32,000 nucleotides of DNA from Thermoprotei archaeon (GTDB lineage Archaea; Thermoproteota; Thermoprotei_A; Marsarchaeales; UBA168), in the NCBI GenBank assembly GCA_049976325.1, contig JBMFIL010000002.1, positions 15,177 to 47,176 on the forward strand, in the 5' to 3' direction. The translations under genes and the position numbers were made by a program. A model generated the notes under the pieces. It was given only the letters and a program-made list of their open reading frames with translations, searched no databases and was not told the DNA's origin. Each line of letters opens with the position of its first letter. Within the stretch, counting starts at the first letter, position 1. Below, piece by piece: positions 8,644 through 17,133 of the stretch.

Positions 8644-10260
8644 TTAGGCGGCATAAACTCCTTCCTCGGCGACGTAGCGCTTCCTTGCGAGGTCCATCAT
8701 TTTCCTCGTGAACAGTATGGAGTAAAGAACTACGATTACTCCAAACAGAAGCGATGCCCAAGAGGCGTAAGCAAGCTGGCCTTGCGCGGTGTACATGTCT
8801 ATGAGCTTCATAAGGCCAACGTGGACCTCAAGCGTGTGCCCTCTTATTATGTCAGGCCAGTACTCTCCTATCATTAGACCTCCCCACGCGCTGTTGATCG
8901 TAGAGGACACGCCGGCCACGATATAGGGAAACGTAGCAGGAAGGAGGATATACCTCATCTTCTGGAAGAAGCCCATGTTCAGGTTTTCCATTACGTCCCA
9001 GTACTCCTGGGGCATGGCCCTTATGCCCATCCAGAAACTGTAGAAAACGTAGTAGAACGTGCTGGTGAAGCCTATGAGAAGCACGAAGAACTCGACCGTG
9101 TAGGACCTAAAGACGCTGCTCACTAGCCCATAGGTAAGGCCGTAGAGCACGGGAAAGTACGTGGGAGCCGGAAAGGCACTGAGCGACTGTATTATGGGAA
9201 TCAACGACGCCTCAGCCCTCGCGTGCAGCGCCAAGTAATACCCTATGGTCACGGCCACCAGAAGAGACACCGCGGTTATTACGCCAACCCTGGCGTAATC
9301 TACCGCCATGTTGTAAAAGAAGAAAGGGGTCATTGACAGGAGGACCTGCCAAGTGGACATGGAAACCCTGCTCACTACCTCGTAGCTGCCGTAAACGACA
9401 AGGGCCAGCATTACCAGTCCACTGGCCGTGGGCAAGAACCTAAGAGGGCTTTTCCTACTTTCTTCCTCCGGCTGCTCGAGGAAGCCCTTGGACCTCTGGG
9501 CCGGTTTCCTGCGGGCAAGCGAGTAAAAGGACAGCTTCTGAAGGGGATTCTTCGACATTAGGTAGGAAAGCCTCAGTCCCCTTCCCTTCCTTATGCGCTG
9601 ACTCGTGTCAAGCGCGTACTTCGCAACGGCATACTTGCTGAACTCCCTCGCCATGAGCACAGTGAGCACCACCGCCACAGCTATGAACACAAGGGAAACG
9701 TAAACGTAAAACATACGACCGCCTGCCGCGAAATCGTCTATCACCGTTCCTATTCCAAACGTGGAGAAGTTGCTCGTCCCAATGGTTAGGACCTCGCTGA
9801 CGGTTATGTAGAAGAAGCCATCTGCTATGCTTGGGAAAAGGTTTGCCGCAACCCTTGGCATGGCAAAGGGGATGTAGGCGTACCTGAGCTTCGAAAGGAA
9901 TCCCAAGTTGTAGTTTTTAGTAACCTCTACGATCTCGTTTGGGATTGTCTTAAATCCTTGGTAGACACCCACCCATATGTTCCAAACCACGGCCGTGAAC
10001 ACGAGGAAGTCCGCCGCCAGTTCAACTCCTAGGGGACCTCCCACGTTGTATATGAAAAAGATTAAAACCACGGGGAAGAAGGAGATGACGGGAACTGACT
10101 CAAGGGTCTCTATGAGTGCTATGTAGACGTTCTCGAAGACCTTGCTCTTGATTGCCGCGTATCCCAGGAACCAGCCGGTGACCACCGACAGGCCTATTAG
10201 GCCGAGGACCCTTCCCGTTGTGGCCAGCGTGGCAAGAAAAATCAGCCAGTAAGGGTTCAA
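8644..10260 (-). CDS. ABC transporter permease, internally duplicated (two fused BPD-type permease domains)
   Basis: 538-aa polytopic ORF. Both halves carry the same loop: NYNLGFLSKLRYAYIPFAMPRV and NLNMGFFQKMRYILLPATFPYI. It has a 4-nt overlap with the upstream ATPase gene. Confidence 0.8.
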   Translation of the reverse strand: MNPYWLIFLATLATTGRVLGLIGLSVVTGWFLGYAAIKSKVFENVYIALIETLESVPVISFFPVVLIFFIYNVGGPLGVELAADFLVFTAVVWNIWVGVYQGFKTIPNEIVEVTKNYNLGFLSKLRYAYIPFAMPRVAANLFPSIADGFFYITVSEVLTIGTSNFSTFGIGTVIDDFAAGGRMFYVYVSLVFIAVAVVLTVLMAREFSKYAVAKYALDTSQRIRKGRGLRLSYLMSKNPLQKLSFYSLARRKPAQRSKGFLEQPEEESRKSPLRFLPTASGLVMLALVVYGSYEVVSRVSMSTWQVLLSMTPFFFYNMAVDYARVGVITAVSLLVAVTIGYYLALHARAEASLIPIIQSLSAFPAPTYFPVLYGLTYGLVSSVFRSYTVEFFVLLIGFTSTFYYVFYSFWMGIRAMPQEYWDVMENLNMGFFQKMRYILLPATFPYIVAGVSSTINSAWGGLMIGEYWPDIIRGHTLEVHVGLMKLIDMYTAQGQLAYASWASLLFGVIVVLYSILFTRKMMDLARKRYVAEEGVYAA

Positions 10261-11069
10261 GCGGCTTCCCTCTTAACCGGTGCCAAGTAGCTCCTCAGCT
10301 CGTGTAGGTAATCCGAAAACTTCTGCGAAGTGGGATCGCGAGGCCTCTCCATCTCGACCCTTATCTCCCCCACTACCCTTGCGGGAAGACCATTGAGGAC
10401 GTATATCCTGTCTGCAAGCGTGAGAACCTCGTAAAGGTTGTGCGAGACAAGAATAGCTGACCTGAGGGGTATGTCGGAGTTGAATATCATGCTGTATATG
10501 TCCTGCCTGAGCTCTTCAGCGGTAAGCTCATCCAAGTGCGAGAAGGGCTCATCCATCAAGAGCACTATGGGTTGGGCTGCTAGAGCCCTTGCTATCGCAA
10601 CCCTCTGCCGCATGCCACCGCTCATCTCTTTTGGGTAAAGCTCCTCGGAGCCCTCAAGACCTACCAGCGCGAGCACCTTCTTTGCAATAGCATCTGCTTG
10701 TTCACCGGCGATCTTTCTGCTCTTCAACGCCAGCTTCACGTTTTCAAGCGCTGTCATCCAAGGAAATGTCACTATGGATTGGTGGATCAGCGCGATCTCT
10801 GGTACGGGCCTGATTACCCTCTTTCCTAGCAGCTTAACCTCTCCAGTGAGCGGCTTGATGAAACTACCCAATATCCTAAGCAGCGTTGACTTCCCTATCC
10901 CAGAGGGCCCAACGATGGCGACAAGCTCCTCACCGTACGTAACGACGTTAACTCCCTGGAACACGGTGCGCCCGTTGTCGTAAGCATAAGACAGGTCCAA
11001 GCCTTCTAATATAGTTCCATTTGGATCGCCAACAAGGTTCAGCTGCCAATTTCCTATAAGCCTTTTCAC
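10257..11069 (-). CDS. ABC transporter ATP-binding protein (NitT/TauT-like, tentative)
   Basis: Walker A GPSGIGKST, signature MSGGMRQRVAIARAL, Walker B LLMDEPFSHLD. GTG start at 11067-11069. Confidence 0.85.
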   Translation of the reverse strand: MKRLIGNWQLNLVGDPNGTILEGLDLSYAYDNGRTVFQGVNVVTYGEELVAIVGPSGIGKSTLLRILGSFIKPLTGEVKLLGKRVIRPVPEIALIHQSIVTFPWMTALENVKLALKSRKIAGEQADAIAKKVLALVGLEGSEELYPKEMSGGMRQRVAIARALAAQPIVLLMDEPFSHLDELTAEELRQDIYSMIFNSDIPLRSAILVSHNLYEVLTLADRIYVLNGLPARVVGEIRVEMERPRDPTSQKFSDYLHELRSYLAPVKREAA

Positions 11070-11442
11070 GAATGCTCAAGGGAACGCTCATCGCTGAGCT
11101 AACACAACGCGTGAACTGCCCTGTTCTCGGGTGAGGCATTGGGTAAAGCGGCGCGCCCTCACGACCCTTGTGCAGCATAGCCCTCTCCCCCTTTGTAAAG
11201 CTGCTCAAGAGCCCCATTGGGCGCGCTCGCAGATTAAGGCGCATTTAAGATGCATGAATTCGTGTCCACTTGGTTCTGCGATGCGATCCACATCGAAGAG
11301 ACCACCTTCTCCCGAATCACAGGCTCACCTTGCCTTCTAGGGGAACTTCGATGAAACAGATTTATTGAACTGCATGTTCCCCTTCTTACACACCAATCGT
11401 TGAGATCTCACGCCAAGAACATGAAAGAGGGCCGAGATCTTC

Positions 11443-11449
11443 TTTTAAG
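11443..11449 (+). promoter_or_regulatory. TATA box for the MFS gene starting at 11471
   Basis: TTTTAAG is centred ~25 nt upstream of the TTG start at 11471. Confidence 0.4.
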
Positions 11450-11470
11450 CGGCTAGGTCACGCTACAAAA

Positions 11471-12643
11471 TTGAAACCAAAGCTGTCTGCCTTCACTGCA
11501 TCATTTTCTTCGTATACCATGACGTGGGCCAGCCAAGTGGTCGTCAGCATATTCTTGCAGGTTTATCTATACTCAATGGGCTACTCTTTAATACAACTGG
11601 GGATAGTCGGAGGACTCATAGGGACCTTCACGGCTCTGCTTCAGCCGCCTTTTGGTGAAGTCGCAGACACGCTGAGAGGAAGGAGACAGTATCTGGCCGC
11701 TCTTTCTGTGGCGGCGCGCGGGGTAATCATGATTGCCATGGTAACGCTTGCGGCATTTCCTCTTGAATGCGTTTGGGCCTCGCTTTACGGTGCCGCAACC
11801 GCTCCTTTTTTGCCGACGACCATGAGCATGGTAGCGGATGAGGGATCCGATGAGAGCATGGGAAAAAACATGGGCAAGTTTCGCATGGCGGGATCGATAG
11901 GCTGGACCGTTGGCAACCTAGTTTTTGGAGCTATTGCCCTAAGGTCCGTAAGGGATGCCTTTATTCTGGCTTCCTCGCTAAGCCTTTTCTCCACTGTTCC
12001 ACTGCTGCTGGGAAAGGACACGCGTTCCCCGCCACCCAAGGACGAAAAAGGATATCAATCTGGGGGCACGAGAATTGGTTCTCGGATCGGCATACTAGCA
12101 CTAGCCCTTTTCCTTTTTTCCGTTTTTACCATATCGTTTACCACGGGAGCTGGGAATCAGTTTCTCCCGATCTACCTTAGGAGGCTTGGAGCTTCAACTT
12201 TCCTCGTCGGCGCCGTCATAGCGACGGGCTCGGCAACAGAGATCCCCTTTATGTATGCAGGCGGCAGACTAACTGACGCCTTAGGGGATCGCTTTGTCAT
12301 GATTGTTGGTTCGTTGATTTTCTCCTCGGTTTACCTCCTTTACTCTGTGGTATCCGTACCGCCTCCTTTCCTGGCCATACAGGCTGGGAGGGGTATGGCC
12401 TACGCTATGTACCACTCCTCCTCAATGGCCTTCAGTCAGAGGGAGGTCCAAAGACGGGGAAGGCATGCCGGTCTTTTCAACTCATTTGTCAGCTCCGGAA
12501 GCACGTTGGGGGTCTTTGGGGGAGGTTTTTTGGCATCCCTTGTCGGCTTCAGGGGTCTCTTCCTATTTCTCTCGTTCATGGCGGCCATTTCTGTGATTGT
12601 TATACTTGCCATAAGCCGCCTTCAGAGACGCTTTTCCATGTAG
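11471..12643 (+). CDS. MFS transporter (substrate unknown)
   Basis: 390-aa polytopic ORF with the loop motif GEVADTLRGRRQ. The TTG start is supported by upstream TATA spacing. An alternative ATG lies at 11519. Confidence 0.7.
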   Translation: MKPKLSAFTASFSSYTMTWASQVVVSIFLQVYLYSMGYSLIQLGIVGGLIGTFTALLQPPFGEVADTLRGRRQYLAALSVAARGVIMIAMVTLAAFPLECVWASLYGAATAPFLPTTMSMVADEGSDESMGKNMGKFRMAGSIGWTVGNLVFGAIALRSVRDAFILASSLSLFSTVPLLLGKDTRSPPPKDEKGYQSGGTRIGSRIGILALALFLFSVFTISFTTGAGNQFLPIYLRRLGASTFLVGAVIATGSATEIPFMYAGGRLTDALGDRFVMIVGSLIFSSVYLLYSVVSVPPPFLAIQAGRGMAYAMYHSSSMAFSQREVQRRGRHAGLFNSFVSSGSTLGVFGGGFLASLVGFRGLFLFLSFMAAISVIVILAISRLQRRFSM

Positions 12644-13434
12644 TATATTGTCCACGAGAGGGGAGAGCGAGGTTCCTCCCATCCCCTCTTCAGGGCGACA
12701 TCTACTTCGTCTTGCGCAAATTTTTCGGTGATAACGTAAGCTCCCTTCTCTCTAGCCCTAGCTTCGAGCTCTGACAACAACAAAAAGTGATTTTCAACGG
12801 TTTCAAACTTAGAGAAAACCACGTCTATCTGCTCTCTGCTCCACCTGTTCTCGGAGGCCAGGATCAGGCCAACGTCCTTCCTTCCAACCACAAAGCACTG
12901 AGGGTTGAAAAGGCACTTGAGGGAATCCAGCTCGAATTCCTCCACCATGTCAAGTACATCATTCAGACCTATGGAGAAAGATTGATCGTATGGCAGGTCC
13001 TCTCCCACCACGACCTTCTGAAGTGCTCTCTGAAAGCCCACGCAGGTATATCCCATCTTTTCGTAGAAACCGGCGGCGAAAGCCGTACCGAGCCTAACGC
13101 GTTGCCTACCGCTCAACAGCACCCTGCGCTCGAACTCTCTCAGCAGCTCTGAGCCTATTCCCATGCGCTGACGAGAGGGCGTTACGGCTATCCAGTCCAG
13201 CAACCCCCAGTCATCGGACAGCTCTCCTAGGGCAAATCCGATCAGGCGACCGCCCTCGAAGGCTCCCAACTGAAGAGATGGAAACCTCGTTACGTCGTCT
13301 ATGAAAGTGGGACCGATAACCTCCTGCCTCCTGGCCTCCTCCTTAAAGGAGGCTGAGGCTATCATTAGCACGGCCGGCAAGTCAGCTGGCCTAAGCTGCT
13401 TTAGGACCAACTCACGTTCCGGTGAAGCCAACAT
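12622..13434 (-). CDS. GNAT family N-acetyltransferase with an extra C-terminal domain
   Basis: The acetyl-CoA binding segment [17 protein letters not shown] (R/Q-x-x-G-x-G/A) lies in the N-terminal half. 270 aa, about 100 aa longer than a single GNAT domain. The start overlaps the glyA 3' end by 23 nt. Confidence 0.6.
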   Translation of the reverse strand: MLASPERELVLKQLRPADLPAVLMIASASFKEEARRQEVIGPTFIDDVTRFPSLQLGAFEGGRLIGFALGELSDDWGLLDWIAVTPSRQRMGIGSELLREFERRVLLSGRQRVRLGTAFAAGFYEKMGYTCVGFQRALQKVVVGEDLPYDQSFSIGLNDVLDMVEEFELDSLKCLFNPQCFVVGRKDVGLILASENRWSREQIDVVFSKFETVENHFLLLSELEARAREKGAYVITEKFAQDEVDVALKRGWEEPRSPLSWTIYYMEKRL

Positions 13435-14731
13435 ATAAGCCTAGGCTTCGCTCCACCAGGAGCGAGACGCTCAGGTCTCTCTCCATAAAGGCGTACCTGA
13501 CAGAAGTAAAGCGCTCTCTCAATTCCTCCACGTCTGACCTTATGGAACTTGAGTCTTTGCCTTCCAGCAAAAGCCGCTTCATCAGATCAGCTATGGAATC
13601 CATTTCCTCCTCTCCCATACCAAACCTTGTCATTTCTTGCACCCCTATTCTGATGCCGCTGGGGTCCTTTACCTTTGAGGGGTCATCCCACGGAAGCATG
13701 TTTTTGTTAACAATTATGTTGGCCTGCTCGAGCTTGCTGGCCACAGAACTTCCTCCTCCAACGGAAGAAACGTCCAAGGCAACCTGATGGCTTCTCGTGT
13801 AACCCAGCCCTTCTCCGACAACCTTGAATCCCGCAGCTGCCAACGACTCAGCCAGCCTTTTTGCGTTTCTAACAACGGCTGATGCGTAATCTTCTCCGTA
13901 CTCCCTCATCTCAAGAGCGGTTACCGCAAGCGCTGGAAGCCTGTTTAAGTGATGGTTGCTGACGAACCATGGAAATATGGATCTTGAAGCCTTCTTGAAC
14001 TCTTCCTCATCCCTTGACAAGATCACGCCTCCCTGCGGCCCAGGAAAAGTCTTATGCGTTGAGGCTGTAACCAGATCGGCTCCTTGGTCAAGCGGGTTTG
14101 GCCAAGCCTTGCCGGTTATAAGGCCGTATACGTGCGCCGCGTCATAGATCACCGTGGCTCCGACGGCCTTGGCGTGGGGTGCTAGTTCCTTCAGCGGATG
14201 AGGGAAAAGGTACAGGCTACCGCCCATGATAACAAGCTTCGGGCTCACCTCGTAGATCATCTTTATGGCCTTATCAACGTCCACGTTAAGGCTGTTGGGG
14301 TCGTAGGGCATGGGAATCTGCTCAATGCCCAGGGCACCAAGGGTCCCGAACTTCGTGTGGCTTACGTGAGCACCGGCCTGAACGGGTACCACTAGAGCCT
14401 TGTCCCCACATGAAGCAAAGCTCCTGAAGGCAGCGGCGTTAGCTATGGTCCCGCTCACGGGCCTAAGGTCGCTGAACGACGATCCTGAGATTTGATTTAT
14501 TAGGGAGGAAGCCATGATCTCTATCTCGTCAACGTACCTCACCCCTTGGTAGAACCTTTTTCCGGGATTTCCCTCCGCGTACCTGGAAACGAAGTCGCTG
14601 GCGTAGACCGCCATTGCCAGCGGGCTCATCACGTTTTCGGATGCTATCAGGTTTATGGTCTTCTTTCTCCTCCAAGAGTTCTGCGCGCGAGTGATCTCGA
14701 GGACGCGATCGAGCTCATCCTGGTAAGCCAA
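13412..14731 (-). CDS. glyA: Serine hydroxymethyltransferase
   Basis: [12 protein letters not shown], the PLP-lysine block [15 protein letters not shown] and [12 protein letters not shown] are diagnostic SHMT motifs. TTG start. Confidence 0.9.
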   Translation of the reverse strand: MAYQDELDRVLEITRAQNSWRRKKTINLIASENVMSPLAMAVYASDFVSRYAEGNPGKRFYQGVRYVDEIEIMASSLINQISGSSFSDLRPVSGTIANAAAFRSFASCGDKALVVPVQAGAHVSHTKFGTLGALGIEQIPMPYDPNSLNVDVDKAIKMIYEVSPKLVIMGGSLYLFPHPLKELAPHAKAVGATVIYDAAHVYGLITGKAWPNPLDQGADLVTASTHKTFPGPQGGVILSRDEEEFKKASRSIFPWFVSNHHLNRLPALAVTALEMREYGEDYASAVVRNAKRLAESLAAAGFKVVGEGLGYTRSHQVALDVSSVGGGSSVASKLEQANIIVNKNMLPWDDPSKVKDPSGIRIGVQEMTRFGMGEEEMDSIADLMKRLLLEGKDSSSIRSDVEELRERFTSVRYAFMERDLSVSLLVERSLGLYVGFTGT

Positions 14732-14752
14732 ATCAGTTCAAACGTCGCGTCC

Positions 14753-14760
14753 TATTTAAA
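14753..14760 (-). promoter_or_regulatory. TATA box for glyA
   Basis: The minus strand reads GTTTAAATAGG, centred ~25 nt upstream of the glyA start at 14731. Confidence 0.45.
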
Positions 14761-14772
14761 CTTTTTAAGCGC

Positions 14773-15420
14773 CTATCCCAGCAAAACGGGTGAGTACCTC
14801 CTCAGCTCCTTTTCCCTGTCCGCAAAGTCCGGCATGACTTCCCTCATCCTTTCCCTGAATGATGATGAATGGTTGTGCTCGTAAAGGTGAACTATCTCGT
14901 GAAGGACGACGTAGTCCCTTAACCTTTCAGGAAGTGCGGCCAACTGGCTATTGTATATCAGGTCACCCCTTCCCGAACACATCCCCCACCAGGACCTTGA
15001 TGGCTTAACCCTAAGGGAGCGATAGCTGAACCCAAGCATGCACTGATAGTGAAGAACGCGATCTCTGACGTAGTCCTCCGTCTCGCGCCTGTAAAGCGAT
15101 GAGAGCGATGTTCCTTTGAGCTCATCGAAGCTACGGTACTGACCCGAGAGGAGGAACCTGTTGCCGTCAACAACCCTCATTACGGATAGCGCCCTCCCGT
15201 AGGCCATGGCTATCCACTGAGCCTTTTGGCTCAAGATTGCCAAGGGATCAACCGAGGATCCCTTGGGTACCGAGATGATCACTTTTGAACTGGTAACCCT
15301 TATGTACGAGAGCTTGGACCTGCTCTCGTATACCTCATACGGCACGCTTACGCCGACCTCGTCCAAGGCAAAAAAGCCCGAGGACAACAGCTTCCTTTTC
15401 TTCCCCTTCACTTCATCCAA
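14773..15420 (-). CDS. DUF45/YgjP-like (M48-type) zinc metallopeptidase
   Basis: C-terminal HEIVHLYEHNHSSSF (HExxH followed by NHS) is the hallmark of the DUF45 family. 215 aa, TTG start. Confidence 0.7.
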   Translation of the reverse strand: MDEVKGKKRKLLSSGFFALDEVGVSVPYEVYESRSKLSYIRVTSSKVIISVPKGSSVDPLAILSQKAQWIAMAYGRALSVMRVVDGNRFLLSGQYRSFDELKGTSLSSLYRRETEDYVRDRVLHYQCMLGFSYRSLRVKPSRSWWGMCSGRGDLIYNSQLAALPERLRDYVVLHEIVHLYEHNHSSSFRERMREVMPDFADREKELRRYSPVLLG

Positions 15421-15439
15421 GGGATGACCAAGACATACA

Positions 15440-15446
15440 TTTAAAT
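15440..15446. promoter_or_regulatory. Palindromic TATA box shared by two divergent genes
   Basis: ATTTAAAT core centred at about 15443. That is 23 nt from the start at 15420 (minus strand) and 23 nt from the ATG at 15466 (plus strand). Confidence 0.5.
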
Positions 15447-15465
15447 CTGCGGGCCCGCTTTAACT

Positions 15466-15756
15466 ATGGGCTTCGCTAAGGATCCAATAGAGCTTTCCAG
15501 AACTAAGAAGATGAGCAAAGAGGAGGTTGCACTTGCACTGAGGGATGACCTACAGGCCGAGCTTGACGCCGCCAACCTTTACCTTGAGCAGGCGGCCCTT
15601 GTAGACGAGGAGGAGGTCAAGAAAACTCTCCTTGAGATAGCAGAGGAGGAAAAGGTTCACTTCGGGGAGTTCTTGACCCTTCTAAAGAGGTATGACCAAG
15701 AGCTGGACAGCGCAATATCGAAGGGAGAAAAGGAGGTCAGCGAGAAGTCTAAGTAA
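15466..15756 (+). CDS. Small ferritin-like protein of the encapsulated-ferritin (EncFtn) type
   Basis: 96 aa. ELDAANLY followed 22-26 residues later by EEEKVH reproduces the E-L-[ED]-A-x3-Y ... E-E-K-x-H spacing I recall from Rhodospirillum rubrum EncFtn (EELEAVDWY ... DEEKEH). Confidence 0.6.
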   Translation: MGFAKDPIELSRTKKMSKEEVALALRDDLQAELDAANLYLEQAALVDEEEVKKTLLEIAEEEKVHFGEFLTLLKRYDQELDSAISKGEKEVSEKSK

Positions 15757-16057
15757 AATTAGCTTTTTTTATGCAAGCCTGCACGCAGGCGCCGACCAAA
15801 AGATCGATTAGACCTTGAAATGGCAGTCCCGCATCGATGCTCAGATAAGGCATGATTGATTGCTCTATGACCATTCTCAGTTCGAAGTCACCTTTCTCCT
15901 TCAGCATTAGGCACACCTCTTCAAAGGCAGGATCCTCGCCCAACTCTTCGGCGAGGGCGTCTAGGCCGAGGTCGCTCACATGCCTTTGTATGGACCCTTC
16001 TGCTTCCCATGCTTGCGCTTTGCGCCTAAAGACTTCCGCTACGGCTTGGGGATTCAA
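15749..16057 (-). CDS. Hypothetical acidic protein (102 aa), no family recognised
   Basis: The ORF lies 56 nt downstream of mch on the same strand. Its composition is protein-like (helical, acidic, EELGEDPAFEEVCLMLKEKGDFELRMV). I recognise no motif. Confidence 0.45.
   Translation of the reverse strand: MNPQAVAEVFRRKAQAWEAEGSIQRHVSDLGLDALAEELGEDPAFEEVCLMLKEKGDFELRMVIEQSIMPYLSIDAGLPFQGLIDLLVGACVQACIKKANFT
15764..15770 (+). terminator. Oligo-T tract (T7), a possible archaeal terminator for the EncFtn-like gene
   Basis: TTTTTTT begins 8 nt after the TAA stop at 15754-15756. It lies inside the 3' end of the convergent 102-aa ORF. Confidence 0.35.
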
Positions 16058-16113
16058 CTTTTCTCTTAACCTAACGAGCTGGTCAAAAGCCTTTCCATCG
16101 AGTCCTCATAGAT

Positions 16114-17133
16114 TTAAGGCACTCCCTTCGCTGAGCCGAAGAATGACGAGATTAAGAGATCTTCTCTAACGCGTCCAACGGTTACCGCCTTCCTGCCAAC
16201 TACGATCGTGAACTTCGCCGCGGAAAAATCTCCTAGGTCAACGGAGTAAAATCCGTCCTTCATAAGGGTGAAGAAATCCGTGTTAAGGTGCGTCGGAGGT
16301 AAAGAACGCAAATCTATCCCTTCCAAAGCTCCCTCCTCAACCTCATAGTACGCGCTGCCTCCGTACCTTATGGCGTCATTTGCCATACCATTGGCCCTTG
16401 CGTCGTCCCCGAAAACCGTTGGAGGTAGTGGGGCGCTACCAAGGGCAACTCTTACCTTCTTTGGGTCAAGTCCAAGCAGGACTAGCTTGTGAAGGCCCGT
16501 TTCAGCCACGGAGCTCGCCAGCCTCACAGACATCGTCATTGATGACGTCCTGGCTACAACGACGTGAAGACCCTTGCGATCCACCCCTACCTGCGAGGCT
16601 ATCCAACCGAGCAACTTTTCGCTGGGATAGCCTGAAGTTTCAAGAAGGAGGTACGCGTCATCGCTCTTCTCTTGATGATCTATAAGGGAGAATATTTGGG
16701 ATGGATCGTATATGCGGTAATTGTAGGCCTTCCTGCTGACGTTTTCCTTAACTCCCTTAGGCAAGTCGCGCCTGAGGGCAAGGGCCCTTGCGGGGCCAGA
16801 GCCTATGGCCGAGAACCCCGTTTCGCTTATCTCCCAATCGCCGTATGTCCCTCCTAGAAATGCCAGGGCTGGCATGTCGCTGTGGACGTACACCGTTGGG
16901 ACGTCGAATTTACCGTAAGTTGATATCCCGAAGCTTAGATCCAACATGCCTGCGGCGCACATCTGGCTTACGAGCTTACCAGCCTCATAAGAGCCTGGGG
17001 ATCTTATCCCTGCGTCAACTACGTAGAAATCTCCTATCTTGACCTGGGTAACCCGGAGAGATTGAGGGCTTTGGAGCAGAGCCTCGTAGTATGGGGCTGC
17101 CATGGCATTCAGGCTCACCGCCGAGCTGGTCAC
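16114..17133 (-). CDS. mch: Methenyltetrahydromethanopterin cyclohydrolase
   Basis: Blocks match Mch as I recall it from Methanopyrus kandleri: VSLNAMAAPYYE (VSVNENALPLVE), PGSYEAGKLVSQMCAAG, IGSGPARALA (MGSGPARALA), AETGLHKL (VETGLFKL), GMANDAIRYGG (GRTNDCILYGG). The GTG start at 17131-17133 directly follows the stop of the upstream MFS gene. Confidence 0.85.
   Translation of the reverse strand: MTSSAVSLNAMAAPYYEALLQSPQSLRVTQVKIGDFYVVDAGIRSPGSYEAGKLVSQMCAAGMLDLSFGISTYGKFDVPTVYVHSDMPALAFLGGTYGDWEISETGFSAIGSGPARALALRRDLPKGVKENVSRKAYNYRIYDPSQIFSLIDHQEKSDDAYLLLETSGYPSEKLLGWIASQVGVDRKGLHVVVARTSSMTMSVRLASSVAETGLHKLVLLGLDPKKVRVALGSAPLPPTVFGDDARANGMANDAIRYGGSAYYEVEEGALEGIDLRSLPPTHLNTDFFTLMKDGFYSVDLGDFSAAKFTIVVGRKAVTVGRVREDLLISSFFGSAKGVP

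Noticed and set aside
14773-16057. An encapsulin nanocompartment operon around the EncFtn-like gene
   Set aside because: No HK97-fold shell-sized ORF (~260-300 aa with encapsulin features) lies adjacent. The neighbours are a DUF45 peptidase and a 102-aa acidic protein. Only the orphan cargo-like gene is reported.
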